Below, one piece after another: positions 20,136 to 29,586 of a stretch of DNA of 64,000 nt; the first letter of the stretch is position 1; each line of letters begins with the position of its first letter. The stretch covers positions 84,404-148,403 of the forward strand of contig JAUSKF010000004.1 in assembly GCA_030646995.1 (NCBI GenBank), in the 5' to 3' direction. A program made the position numbers and the translations under genes. The notes beneath the pieces were generated by a model. That model saw only the letters and a list, made by a program, of their open reading frames with translations. It ran no database searches and was not told where the DNA came from. This stretch comes from a bacterium. Lineage in GTDB: Bacteria; Patescibacteriota; Minisyncoccia; UBA6257; WO2-44-18.

Positions 20136-20235
20136 TTTCTATCCTTTCAAAGTAACCAAGGATTATTTTATAACAAACCCCGTAAAATGGCTACGCCATC
20201 ACGGGGCAAGAAAAAAGCCCCGTAAAGACGGGGTC

Positions 20236-20505
20236 AGCCCCCTATTCCCACATAAGCTCTAGCAGCGTTGTGAGGTATAAATTCTTTATTTCGAGGAAGC
20301 GAATTTTGAGGCATAGACTCTATGCCCAAGATGAGCTGACATAGAAATAAAGAATTTTAACCACAACCCTCTGGGATGCGGGATTTTATTATTTATTACT
20401 TCGTTTCTCGGACTTGGAGTAGACTTCTACATCTGCGTCCTCAAAGCCTCGTACTAAATAAAAAATCCCCGCATCGCTGCGGAGAATATGTGGGAATAGG
20501 GGGCT
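20236..20505. repeat. Y-shaped palindromic element, family B copy 2
   Basis: AGCCCCCTATTCCCACATA/TATGTGGGAATAGGGGGCT terminal IR, two arms. Confidence 0.75.
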
Positions 20506-20508
20506 AAG

Positions 20509-21345
20509 CTACTTCTTCTCGTAAAACTCATACTGATACAAGACGTGGCCGCGTTTCAACGCCAGCGCCCTCTTCTCTATTTTACTGTCCATCCATTCAT
20601 CTTCGGTAATCCGTCCGTCCTTGTCGTAGGTGTACTCATGAGCCAGCTTAGCCACCACCTCGCCACCATAGTAATCGTAAACGGCGCGCTCCTCCAGGTC
20701 TCCGGCAAGGTTGTAGCTGGATTCTGCGGACAGATAGCCCATGTGGTTGACGGTAGTCGCGCGACGCAACTTACCGTCCTTATCGTATTCGAAATCAGTA
20801 GTATTCCGAATCTTTCCCTCAATCACTTCCTCGCTCTTCTTTAGTACTCCGTCATCGCTGTAATGATTGACGATCTTGGTTTTAGAGCCGCGGCATTGAG
20901 CGCATTCCCATTCTTTCAGGAGCCCCTTCTTGTCGAAGCGTGAGATGTAAAGCAAATCTCCCGTGGCAAGAATGATTCGCTGCTCAATCTCCAAATTGCC
21001 GTCAACGTCTCTCTTGTATGTCCAACGCTCTAAAGTCTTTCCTTTGTCGTCAATCTCCAATCGTTCCTTAATCTGGCCATCATCTCCATAGATATGTTTA
21101 TAGATAAGTTTTTCGGTCTTGCCGGTGGAATCCGAGAGCTCCTTATTTACCAAATCACCCCTATCATCAAAGGTTTCGGTAACCTTGCGGTCAAAATACT
21201 GCACGGTCGGATTCTTATCATCTTCATCCCAATATTCGGTGATCCGTGCTTTCATTCTCGACGGGGGCTTTTCGAAATCAGCAACTTCAGCAAAAAGACT
21301 TCCTCCGTAAAAACAGGCGAACACGATAACGGACAATTTGTGCAC
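20509..21345 (-). CDS. Secreted YD/RHS-like repeat protein 4
   Basis: GTG start with AGGAGG; FDDRG, YGDDG, YDKDG repeats. Confidence 0.8.
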   Translation of the reverse strand: MHKLSVIVFACFYGGSLFAEVADFEKPPSRMKARITEYWDEDDKNPTVQYFDRKVTETFDDRGDLVNKELSDSTGKTEKLIYKHIYGDDGQIKERLEIDDKGKTLERWTYKRDVDGNLEIEQRIILATGDLLYISRFDKKGLLKEWECAQCRGSKTKIVNHYSDDGVLKKSEEVIEGKIRNTTDFEYDKDGKLRRATTVNHMGYLSAESSYNLAGDLEERAVYDYYGGEVVAKLAHEYTYDKDGRITEDEWMDSKIEKRALALKRGHVLYQYEFYEKK

Positions 21346-21392
21346 GGCTGCCTCCTTTAAAAAGCTGGAATTAGGATAGCGGTTTTCTAAAG

Positions 21393-22406
21393 TTAGAACA
21401 AGTGGACAACGTCCCGAATAGTAACGGCAATTATCAGCAGGAGGAGAACAAGAAACCCGGCGGCATTAACAGATCTTTCCATCTCCGGACGCAACGGCGA
21501 GCCTTTAATTTTTTCAAGAATAATAAACAAGAATCTTCCTCCGTCCAGTGCCGGAAATGGAAAGATATTGAGAACCGCCAAATTTAAAGAAATCAAAGCA
21601 ATCAACTGAACAAGATAAATAAAGCCCATTGAGCCGGCCTGGTTGGCGATGCCAAAGATGCCGATTGGCCCCACGAAATCCACCAGCAACCGGCCTTGAG
21701 TAATCAGTCCCCAGAAAAGATTCGCAAAGGCCGCCAAAATTCCACCCACAATCATCAACGAAGCCTTCAATCCCTCCCAAAGACTAGCCAACAAAGAATG
21801 CCGCTCTATCCCCGCCTCCACTACCGCCACTCCCAACGCCCCCTCTCCGGAAACTCTTGGTGTAGCTTTAATTTGCAACTCTTCCCCTGCCCGACTAATG
21901 TTCAAAACGATTTCTTTCCCGCGATTCTGATTTATAAAAGAAACGAAATCGCTTCCATTTTGAAAATCCTTCATCTGATCATTAGCCAAAATTCCCACCG
22001 CTTCCGCCGGGCTACCCGGAAGAATTTCCGACACCACTACCACCCGCGGAGTGCCGACAGCGAAAATTAAAGACATCAACATCCAACCCAAGAAGAAATT
22101 CATTGCCACACCGGCGACGATTACCAAAGAGCGTTTCCAAATCGGCTGCACAAAAAAACTTCGCGCGCGCTTCTCCGCATTTATTTCTTCCCACTGATTC
22201 TCTCCATAAAGACGCACGAATCCGCCAAAAGGCAGAAGATTCAGGCTATAAATAGTCTCTCCGATTTTTTTTGAAAATAGACGCGGTGGAAATCCAAAAC
22301 CAAACTCCTCCACCAAAACACCGAACTTGCGAGCCGCCAAAAAATGCCCAAACTCGTGGATTAAGATCAGTAACGAAATACCGATAATTACAATTAAAAT
22401 GTCCAT
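21393..22406 (-). CDS. rseP: RIP metalloprotease RseP (M50 with PDZ)
   Basis: HEFGH, GFPP, PALDGG. Confidence 0.95.
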   Translation of the reverse strand: MDILIVIIGISLLILIHEFGHFLAARKFGVLVEEFGFGFPPRLFSKKIGETIYSLNLLPFGGFVRLYGENQWEEINAEKRARSFFVQPIWKRSLVIVAGVAMNFFLGWMLMSLIFAVGTPRVVVVSEILPGSPAEAVGILANDQMKDFQNGSDFVSFINQNRGKEIVLNISRAGEELQIKATPRVSGEGALGVAVVEAGIERHSLLASLWEGLKASLMIVGGILAAFANLFWGLITQGRLLVDFVGPIGIFGIANQAGSMGFIYLVQLIALISLNLAVLNIFPFPALDGGRFLFIILEKIKGSPLRPEMERSVNAAGFLVLLLLIIAVTIRDVVHLF

Positions 22407-22410
22407 TGGT

Positions 22411-22492
22411 TTAGTGTTTCGTATAAAGTATACGGTATTAAGTATTGGGGGAGAATTTATACTTAATACATCACACTGAATACTAAATACTA
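22411..22492. repeat. Heptad GTAT/ATAC periodic inverted repeat
   Basis: About 5 GTAT units at 7-nt period, then about 5 ATAC units; also at 47413 and 49852. Confidence 0.7.
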
Positions 22493-23044
22493 TTCGGAGA
22501 TCTCCTCAATCTTAGCAGAAAGAGAAACTTCAATCTCGCTGTTTGTTTTATCTACGGACTTTTGCGCCTTTTCGCGCGATTTGAATTTCTGATCTTCGGT
22601 AATTAATTTTTCCTTGAAAGCGGACTCAATCTTTTTATTTACATCATCACGCCCGGCGCGGACTTTTATCTTGGCCTCCTCGGTCAGACGCTTGGCCAAT
22701 TTAGTCAATTCTTCACGGCGTTCATCCGTCAGGGCCGGCAAATTAATCCGGATAAGATTACCGTCGGAATTAGCGGTTAATCCCATCCCGGAAGTTTCAA
22801 TAGCCTTAACCACCGCGCTCAAGGATTCTTTATCCCAGACGTTGATATCAATTTCACGGGGAGGAAGAATGCTGATTGCGCCAAGTTGCTGAACAGTAAA
22901 ATCCTGATCCATATACCGGACTTTCAGGTTATCCACCAGTTTTGGGCTGGGCCGGTTGGTACGGACTCCGGAAAGTTCATTTTTCAGATAATCCACGATC
23001 GCTCTTAAATTTTTCTCGAAATCTTTTATTAGTTGTTCTGTCAT
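22490..23044 (-). CDS. frr: Ribosome recycling factor
   Basis: RTNR, LPALTDERREEL. Confidence 0.97.
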   Translation of the reverse strand: MTEQLIKDFEKNLRAIVDYLKNELSGVRTNRPSPKLVDNLKVRYMDQDFTVQQLGAISILPPREIDINVWDKESLSAVVKAIETSGMGLTANSDGNLIRINLPALTDERREELTKLAKRLTEEAKIKVRAGRDDVNKKIESAFKEKLITEDQKFKSREKAQKSVDKTNSEIEVSLSAKIEEISE

Positions 23045-23102
23045 AAGAAAAAGAATAAATGAAAGGCTGAAAAATAAAAAGCCCCCATTCGGGGGTGGTA
23101 CT

Positions 23103-23528
23103 TCATGCGGCGGGGTAAGCTCGCATCAGCTTGTCGATGCCGCACCAGTTCTCCTGGTCCAGCAGGATGAAATCCAGGACCCACTTTCCCGTATCGCTGT
23201 TATAGCCCAAGAAAGGAACACGGCGCTTGCCTTGCGGATCATTCCAAACAGTACCGGGAAAAATCAGATAGAAATTCGTCCAGCTATGCGGAATGAAATT
23301 CTGACGCTCGAGCAACGCCTCAGCGTGTCTCTGGCCAAGATTGGCATCCAGCTCAAGAGCGCGGATGGCCATACGGTTACCATGGATCAGTCCTTCTTCA
23401 GGATGATGAAACCCGCAGATATCCATAACCACCAGATCATGCTCAACCTCGACATCCCTTTTCAATTTCCAGCCCCTCTCGCGCATGTCGCGGGCGAAGG
23501 GCTTGTCGGCAGTGATGACTGCGTACAT
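23103..23528 (-). CDS. Hypothetical protein
   Basis: Start reassigned to MYAVI (GAGGAGG SD); the longer ORF-track start crosses a terminator. Confidence 0.7.
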   Translation of the reverse strand: MYAVITADKPFARDMRERGWKLKRDVEVEHDLVVMDICGFHHPEEGLIHGNRMAIRALELDANLGQRHAEALLERQNFIPHSWTNFYLIFPGTVWNDPQGKRRVPFLGYNSDTGKWVLDFILLDQENWCGIDKLMRAYPAA

Positions 23529-23578
23529 GAACGCCTCCTCAAATGTGCCGTCGGCTACTATAACACAAACGCCTAGGA

Positions 23579-23928
23579 TAAAAAATACCCCCGCCAGCAT
23601 GCTGCTGGACGGGGGTTTGAGTTTGCGCCGCAATGGCAGCAACTTCGGACAGACGACCCGATCAACAATCGGGAGCCTTTTCCGGAAACTGCCTGCGGCA
23701 GTACATAAAAATTTATTAAAGAACCCCGCTCGGTTCCCGGCGACTTTGGGGAGATGTCGCTTTGGGGGAGGTGCTCGCCGGTCGCTTATCGCTCGTATGC
23801 CACTGCTGCCACCAGAGCAACAGCTCACGCCTTAGAGGCCGCGATCGCATATGAATTAACGAGCCAAGTACCGGCGTCTCGGGTTTTCGGGAGCCCGAGC
23901 GGGGCGGATATACTTTCTGATTTGCTGT
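23579..23928 (-). ncRNA. Candidate structured ncRNA 1 (about 350 nt)
   Basis: Promoter upstream, nested stems, terminator ACCCCCG...CGGGGG-TATTTTTT. Confidence 0.6.
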
Positions 23929-23933
23929 AAGCA

Positions 23934-23962
23934 ATTTTAGCAAGAAATCTTCTGCTAGTCAA
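23934..23962 (-). promoter_or_regulatory. Sigma70 promoter of candidate ncRNA 1
   Basis: TTGACT-17-TAAAAT with extended TG. Confidence 0.7.
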
Positions 23963-23970
23963 TGGCTCCG

Positions 23971-24051
23971 CTATTTGCAGACAATCGGCAAAAAGTAGAT
24001 CAAAACACCCGTAAAGATGGTGAGTAAGATTATTCCAAAAGCTTTGTCCAT
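23971..24051 (-). CDS. Possible 26-aa hydrophobic small protein
   Basis: MDKAFGIILLTIFTGVLIYFLPIVCK, 10 nt after the holB stop. Confidence 0.3.
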   Translation of the reverse strand: MDKAFGIILLTIFTGVLIYFLPIVCK

Positions 24052-24061
24052 TACTTTAATT

Positions 24062-24775
24062 TTATACCTCTAATAGCGCCGCTTCAAGCTGAAGCCGCTT
24101 ATTCAAATTAAATTCACTCATTAAAGCCCAGCGCCGCGATAAAGCCTTTAGTCCTTTCCAATTTTTTACCGGATCTTTTTGCAATTCCATCATCATCCCG
24201 CGCACGAAATCATCCACTAAGCGAGGCTCTTCTTCGGTGCGCTCAATAAGAGTTTTGAGAAATTCTTTTCTTTTCGCGGGCGCGGTTTTCATAAATATTC
24301 CCACTTCTTTTACTTCCGCCTCAACAACATTCTCCCCAGCCAAAAATATGCGCTGAAAACGCGACTGAACGGCGGGCGACAAAGCGCCTGGGTCTTTTAA
24401 AAGCAATACCAACAGGGCCCCGGCGGGCGGCTCCTCGGCGATCTTCAAAATTGCGTTCTGGGCGTACAAAGTCAGAGCGTGAGCGTTATCAATTACCAAT
24501 AATCGGCGAATGGAAACAGCGGGTCGTTGCCATAAAAATTCCGAGGCTAACCGAATTAAATCAATCCCGCCATCGGCGTGAGCATCATAAAAAATACTGT
24601 CATTTAAAACCCGAGTCGGCGCCTCCCAGTTCCCTGCTTCTAAAAAATTAGCCAAGCATTTTGCCGCTACTAGTTTTTCTTTCTCTGTGCCGTGTCCGAA
24701 AAAAATATAACTGTGCGAAAGACGCTCATCTTTTATCAAGTCGGAAAAAAGTTTTTTTAAATCCCCTGCTTTCAC
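24062..24775 (-). CDS. holB: DNA polymerase III delta-prime-like clamp loader subunit
   Basis: HSYIFFG, IDNAH, QNAILKIAEEPP, SRF. Confidence 0.8.
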   Translation of the reverse strand: MKAGDLKKLFSDLIKDERLSHSYIFFGHGTEKEKLVAAKCLANFLEAGNWEAPTRVLNDSIFYDAHADGGIDLIRLASEFLWQRPAVSIRRLLVIDNAHALTLYAQNAILKIAEEPPAGALLVLLLKDPGALSPAVQSRFQRIFLAGENVVEAEVKEVGIFMKTAPAKRKEFLKTLIERTEEEPRLVDDFVRGMMMELQKDPVKNWKGLKALSRRWALMSEFNLNKRLQLEAALLEV

Positions 24776-24789
24776 TAACTAAGTATAAC

Positions 24790-25797
24790 CTAGCGCTTGT
24801 TCAAAAGCGTTCGCTTGTAGACTTCCAGATGATTCAGAATCAAGCCGGTACCCTTGGCAACGCAATAAAGCGGATCTTCAGCGACGTAGGTCTGCACGCC
24901 GGTCATCCGCCGGAAAAATTCATCAATATAACGCAGATGCGCGCCGCCGCCGGAAAGAATAATTCCCTTTTCCATAATATCCGCTACCAATTCCGGAGGA
25001 GTGCTATTGAAAACGCTTTGCACGGAAGCGGCAATGTCGAGCAAGTGCGGATTAAGCGCTTCAGCAATTTCGTTGGAGGTGATTACTAAATCTCTAGGCA
25101 AGCCCGAAACTAAATCCCGGCCACGAAGACGGTATTCCAATTTTTCTTTAGTCGGCAAAGCGGAACCGATTTCAATCTTCACATTTTCCGCGCTCTGCTC
25201 TCCCAAAAATAGAGAGTACTTTTTCTTAATATAATCCATAATCGCCTGATCGAATTTATTTCCGGCAACCCGCAAGCTGGCCCAGGAAACAATTCCGCCC
25301 AAAGCAACCACGGCCACCTCGGAAGTGCCGCCGCCGATGTTGATAATCATATTGCCGGAATAGTTGTTAATCGGAACGCCGGCACCCAGCGCGGCCAAAA
25401 TGGGTTCTTTTACGATATAAGCCTCTTTGGCGCCCGCTTCTTTGGCGGCGTTTATTACTGCGCGTTTTTCGGTTGGAGAAATACCGGCAGGAACGGAAAT
25501 TACCACCTCGGGCTTAAAGAAATTAAATGAGCCGGAGGCCTTAGCGATGAAATACTTCATCATCGCTTTGGTGATGTAGTAGTCGGCAATCACGCCTTCC
25601 TTGAGCGGACGATACGCCACAATGTTGTCGGGTGTACGGCCGATCATATCTTTGGCTTCGCGGCCAACAGCAAGAACGGTGTTGTCGGGTACACTCAAGG
25701 CAACGATGGTTGGTTCGTTGATAATAAAACCCCGGCCCGGCACGAAAACAATCGTGTTGGCGGTTCCTAAGTCTATTCCGATTTTTCGTGTAAACAT
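24790..25797 (-). CDS. mreB: Second MreB/Mbl paralog
   Basis: GIDLGTAN, IGGGTSE, SGGGAHL. Confidence 0.93.
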   Translation of the reverse strand: MFTRKIGIDLGTANTIVFVPGRGFIINEPTIVALSVPDNTVLAVGREAKDMIGRTPDNIVAYRPLKEGVIADYYITKAMMKYFIAKASGSFNFFKPEVVISVPAGISPTEKRAVINAAKEAGAKEAYIVKEPILAALGAGVPINNYSGNMIINIGGGTSEVAVVALGGIVSWASLRVAGNKFDQAIMDYIKKKYSLFLGEQSAENVKIEIGSALPTKEKLEYRLRGRDLVSGLPRDLVITSNEIAEALNPHLLDIAASVQSVFNSTPPELVADIMEKGIILSGGGAHLRYIDEFFRRMTGVQTYVAEDPLYCVAKGTGLILNHLEVYKRTLLNKR

Positions 25798-25813
25798 TTT
25801 TTTGTGTACTTTG

Positions 25814-27124
25814 TTAGTCGTTAGTCGTTAGTCGTTTGATGTCTGCCCCTAGTTTCCGAAGTCGCTCATCCAAATTTTCATATCCCCTGTCCAATTCTTC
25901 AATACCATCAATCTCCGATTCTCCTTCGGCAACAAGAGCCGCGATGACGTGAGCAATTCCGGAACGAAGATCTCTTACGGTCAACTTCGCGGAATGCAGC
26001 TTACTCGGCCCCGTGATCTCTGCGCTGTGAAGAAAAGTTTTTCCGGCGAACCGGCAGGGAACCTCCCCTAAACACTTTGCTTGTACTTTAATCTCCGCGC
26101 CCATTAAATTCAAGTCTTGCGCATAACCGAAGCGATCTTCGTAGACTGTTTCATGCAGCGTGGAGACTCCGTTAGCTTGGGTAAGTAGGACTGCCACCGG
26201 CTGCTGCCAGTCGGTCATAAACCCAGGATAAGTATCAGTTTCAATGGCAGTCGGGCGAAGCGGGCCATCCACGGCTTTCCAAAATTCAATTCCGCCATCC
26301 GATACTTGATAGTCTCCACCCACGCGGCGCAAGACACTCAAAAATGTTGAAAGTGTTTCCTGACGCGCATCTTTCACTAAAATCCGTCCGTTGGTGGCTA
26401 CTGCCAAGCAAGCAAAAGAAATCGCCTCATTACGGTCGGGCATAATCCGGTGAGTAGCTCCGTGTAAACTTTCTACTCCATCAATATAAATTGTACGGTT
26501 GGCGCCGAATTCGATAATCGCGCCCATTTTTTGAAGCAGTTTTATCAAATCCAGAATTTCCGGCTCAAGAGCCGCATTTTGTATTTCGGTGCGCCCCTTG
26601 GCCAAAACAGCCGCTAAAATTGTATTTTCGGTGGCGCCGACGCTGGGATAGCGCAACCTTACTTCCGTCCCATGCAGGCCATCTGGGGCAATGGCAACAT
26701 AACGATCCTCAAGTACTTCGATCTTGGCGCCCATCGCGGTTAGGGCATCAATGTGAATATCCACGGGGCGTGGCCCAATCTTATCTCCGCCCAACATAGG
26801 AACTTCAGCCTTGCCAACGCGAGCCAACAACGGGCCTAGGGCGAGAATTGGAATCCGATTCCGACGAGTCAAAGAAACTACTTTGAAATTAGTAATTTCC
26901 GGAGTTTCAATAGTAAGAGTATTGCCGCTCTTGGAGATATGACTGCCAACGGCCCGGCAAAGCTCTTCGGTGATTTTTGCATCGCCGATATCAGGGAAAT
27001 TTTCCAAAATGCACGGCTCGGAAGTAAGAAGCGAAGCAATCAGCATTTTCGTCGCCGCATTCTTCGCGCCGGCCAATTTTATTTCGCCCGAAAGCTTATT
27101 TCCACCCCGAATTAAAAACCTCAT
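25814..27124 (-). CDS. murA: UDP-GlcNAc enolpyruvyl transferase
   Basis: GAKNA, GGDKIGPRP, SVGATEN, YPGFMTD. Confidence 0.96.
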   Translation of the reverse strand: MRFLIRGGNKLSGEIKLAGAKNAATKMLIASLLTSEPCILENFPDIGDAKITEELCRAVGSHISKSGNTLTIETPEITNFKVVSLTRRNRIPILALGPLLARVGKAEVPMLGGDKIGPRPVDIHIDALTAMGAKIEVLEDRYVAIAPDGLHGTEVRLRYPSVGATENTILAAVLAKGRTEIQNAALEPEILDLIKLLQKMGAIIEFGANRTIYIDGVESLHGATHRIMPDRNEAISFACLAVATNGRILVKDARQETLSTFLSVLRRVGGDYQVSDGGIEFWKAVDGPLRPTAIETDTYPGFMTDWQQPVAVLLTQANGVSTLHETVYEDRFGYAQDLNLMGAEIKVQAKCLGEVPCRFAGKTFLHSAEITGPSKLHSAKLTVRDLRSGIAHVIAALVAEGESEIDGIEELDRGYENLDERLRKLGADIKRLTTND

Positions 27125-27191
27125 GAGCGTAAGTATAACCCAAAATTAGAATTTTGGGTTTAACGGTTTTGGCGACCCCGCTGAGCGGGGT

Positions 27192-27593
27192 TTAGCCACG
27201 CTTAGCGTGGCGAATCAAAACTACCGTCATCGCCGCTCCCGCTAAACCCAAAGACAGATCACTAAAAGTATCAGAGGCCGGCTCTTGCGGCATACCGGTA
27301 AGAATATTCACAAAATATTCATAAAACTCCCAGCCCACCGCCACAAGAGCAACAACGCCCAGAGTTAAAATGAGGAACGGTAATAACCGGCCGCTCAACT
27401 CACCAAAATATTTCTGACCCGCAAAATACAAGAACGATACGGAAATGAATCCCCCACCCAAACAATGCATAACCATATCCAAATACCACGGGCGAAAATT
27501 TATAATTTCGTCAAAATACCAAACATCGAAATACACCAATGAAACCATCAAGGCCAACCAAAAGAGCAGGACGGTTTTTAACGTTTGGCCCAT
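27192..27593 (-). CDS. Membrane protein (DUF2238/VanZ-like)
   Basis: D..MH..GG, WEFYE, DT.SDL. Confidence 0.7.
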   Translation of the reverse strand: MGQTLKTVLLFWLALMVSLVYFDVWYFDEIINFRPWYLDMVMHCLGGGFISVSFLYFAGQKYFGELSGRLLPFLILTLGVVALVAVGWEFYEYFVNILTGMPQEPASDTFSDLSLGLAGAAMTVVLIRHAKRG

Positions 27594-27985
27594 TGCGGAG
27601 CTCGGCGAGCTTTGAGCAATCCGTACTTTTTGCGCTCAACAATACGAGAATCACGGGTCAAGTAACCGGCTGGCTTCAACAACTTACGAAGGTCAGGCTC
27701 AAATTTAACCATAGCGCGGGCGACGGCATTCTTTACTGCGTCAGCTTGTGCATTAATTCCGCCACCATGAACCATAACACTGGCGCCAACACGAGTTTTC
27801 AAATCAGAAATCTCAAACGGCAAAAGAGCCGTGAGTTGATTGCGCAACGACGTTTTGAAATATTCTTTATAATCCTTATTGTTTACAGTCAAACCCTTTC
27901 CGGCAAAAACACGAGCAGAGGCATTGGCGCTTTTACGGCCACCTTTAGCTTGGAAGAAACGGACAATTGTTTTTTTCTCGGCCAT
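27578..27985 (-). CDS. rpsI: 30S ribosomal protein S9
   Basis: GGRK, ERKKYGLLKARRAPQWAKR. Confidence 0.98.
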   Translation of the reverse strand: MAEKKTIVRFFQAKGGRKSANASARVFAGKGLTVNNKDYKEYFKTSLRNQLTALLPFEISDLKTRVGASVMVHGGGINAQADAVKNAVARAMVKFEPDLRKLLKPAGYLTRDSRIVERKKYGLLKARRAPQWAKR

Positions 27986-27986
27986 A

Positions 27987-28328
27987 TTATTTTTCTATAG
28001 TTAAAAGATTCAAACGTTTTTGTTTCAAAAAATTCTGCGGCAACATACGCTTCACGGCCAACATCAAAACTTTCTCCGGAGATTTTGCAAAAGCCTCCTG
28101 GTAAACCTGCTCTTTCAAGTGACCCATATAGCCAGTGTGGCGATAGTAAATCTTTTGAGTCATTTTCCGACCGGTGACTACAATCTTCGAAGCGTTCTTA
28201 ACAACCACCTTATCTTTTCCGGGGTTGCGTGGCTGATAATCAGGATGCATTTTGCCCTGCAAAATCTGGGCAATCTGTGATGCCAAGCGTCCTAATTTCT
28301 GATCTTTTGCGTCAATTACGTATTGCAT
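27987..28328 (-). CDS. rplM: 50S ribosomal protein L13 (short)
   Basis: LGRLAS, YRHTGY, VKRMLP. Confidence 0.97.
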   Translation of the reverse strand: MQYVIDAKDQKLGRLASQIAQILQGKMHPDYQPRNPGKDKVVVKNASKIVVTGRKMTQKIYYRHTGYMGHLKEQVYQEAFAKSPEKVLMLAVKRMLPQNFLKQKRLNLLTIEK

Positions 28329-28346
28329 TGTAGGATATTCTTATTG

Positions 28347-28370
28347 TTTAAACGTTTAAATATTTAAAGA
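28347..28370. repeat. (TTTAAANN)x3 junction repeat
   Basis: Also at 28750, 30220, 30718 and 31143. Confidence 0.8.
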
Positions 28371-28383
28371 TATGATATATGAG

Positions 28384-28731
28384 TTACTTCACAAACTCAA
28401 TCACCGCCATCGGGGCGGCATCTCTCATGCGGGCCTTGGCCAACTTAGTGATGCGCAAGTAACCGCCGGCGCGATTCTGATAACGAGGCGCGACGTCAAA
28501 ATAAAGCTTCTTGGCAGATTTCTTAGGCAAAGCGGCAAGCAAGCGTCGAAGTGATGCTAATTGCTGCTTTTTGGCGATGGTAACCATTTTTTCCACCATC
28601 GGGCGAATTGCTTTGGCGCGCGCAACCGTAGTCGAAATCTTTTCTTTCATAATCAAATTATTAGCCAATCCTTGCAGGAAAGACTTTCGACGACCCATCG
28701 TACGATTAAATTTTCGCGCGTGCTTTGCCAT
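28384..28731 (-). CDS. rplQ: 50S ribosomal protein L17
   Basis: TTVARAK, GGYLRI, DAAPMA. Confidence 0.98.
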   Translation of the reverse strand: MAKHARKFNRTMGRRKSFLQGLANNLIMKEKISTTVARAKAIRPMVEKMVTIAKKQQLASLRRLLAALPKKSAKKLYFDVAPRYQNRAGGYLRITKLAKARMRDAAPMAVIEFVK

Positions 28732-28776
28732 TGTAGTATATTTCTATTATTTAAATGTTTAAATATTTAAACATCT

Positions 28777-29559
28777 TTACTCTTCTTTCTTCTTTTTCTT
28801 AGAGGCCTTTTTCGCTTTCTTTTCCTCTCCTTCTTCTGCAGCAACCGCAGACGCCTCTACTTCTTTGACTTCCACACCGGAAATCTTAACAAAGTGATCC
28901 TGCAAAATATTACTGGACTTTCTCAAAGCGGAAGATGGGGTGATACTGCCGTCGGTTGCGATAATCAAGCGGAGACGGTTGTAGTCAGCGCGCTCCCCTA
29001 CCCGCATATTTTCTACCGAAAAATTTACCTGTACTACCGGAGAGAATAAAGCGTCGATAGCGATAACACCAATCGGCAACTTATCGCTCTTACGGGATTC
29101 AACCGGCAAATAACCCAAACCCTTCTCCACGGTGATTTCCATATCTAATTCAGCATCCTTGCTGGTCAAGGTAGCAATGTGAACGTCGGAGCTAATCAGG
29201 TCAACTTGAGAGTTGGTCTTGATGTCGGACGCAGTCACAACTTTTTCTCCCTTAATCTTTAAAATCAAAACCTGAGGCTCGTCGGTGTGAATTCTAAAGC
29301 GAACTTTTTTCAAATTTAAAGCTACTTCCACCATGTCCTCCTTCACTCCTTCAACGGTAGAAAATTCATGGCTGGCTCCTTTGATTTTTACTTGAGTAAT
29401 CGCGGCGCCCGGAAGAGAAGAAAGCAAAACACGACGCAAAGCATTGCCAAGGGTTAAACCATAGCCACTGTACAATCCCTCAATTTCAAAAACCCCCTCT
29501 TTATCGGTTTCCGAGACCTTTTTGATTCCAACCGTCTCACTTAAATATTGATATTCCAT
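28777..29559 (-). CDS. rpoA: RNA polymerase alpha subunit (NTD only)
   Basis: GYGLTLGNALRRVLLSS, HEFST, IDALFSPV. Confidence 0.97.
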   Translation of the reverse strand: MEYQYLSETVGIKKVSETDKEGVFEIEGLYSGYGLTLGNALRRVLLSSLPGAAITQVKIKGASHEFSTVEGVKEDMVEVALNLKKVRFRIHTDEPQVLILKIKGEKVVTASDIKTNSQVDLISSDVHIATLTSKDAELDMEITVEKGLGYLPVESRKSDKLPIGVIAIDALFSPVVQVNFSVENMRVGERADYNRLRLIIATDGSITPSSALRKSSNILQDHFVKISGVEVKEVEASAVAAEEGEEKKAKKASKKKKKEE

Positions 29560-29586
29560 AAGTTTTTTATTCTTTATATTTTACCT

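Noticed and set aside
17241-21345. Integron cassette array or RHS toxin locus
   Set aside because: No consistent attC boxes or integrase; no RHS core or toxin domain
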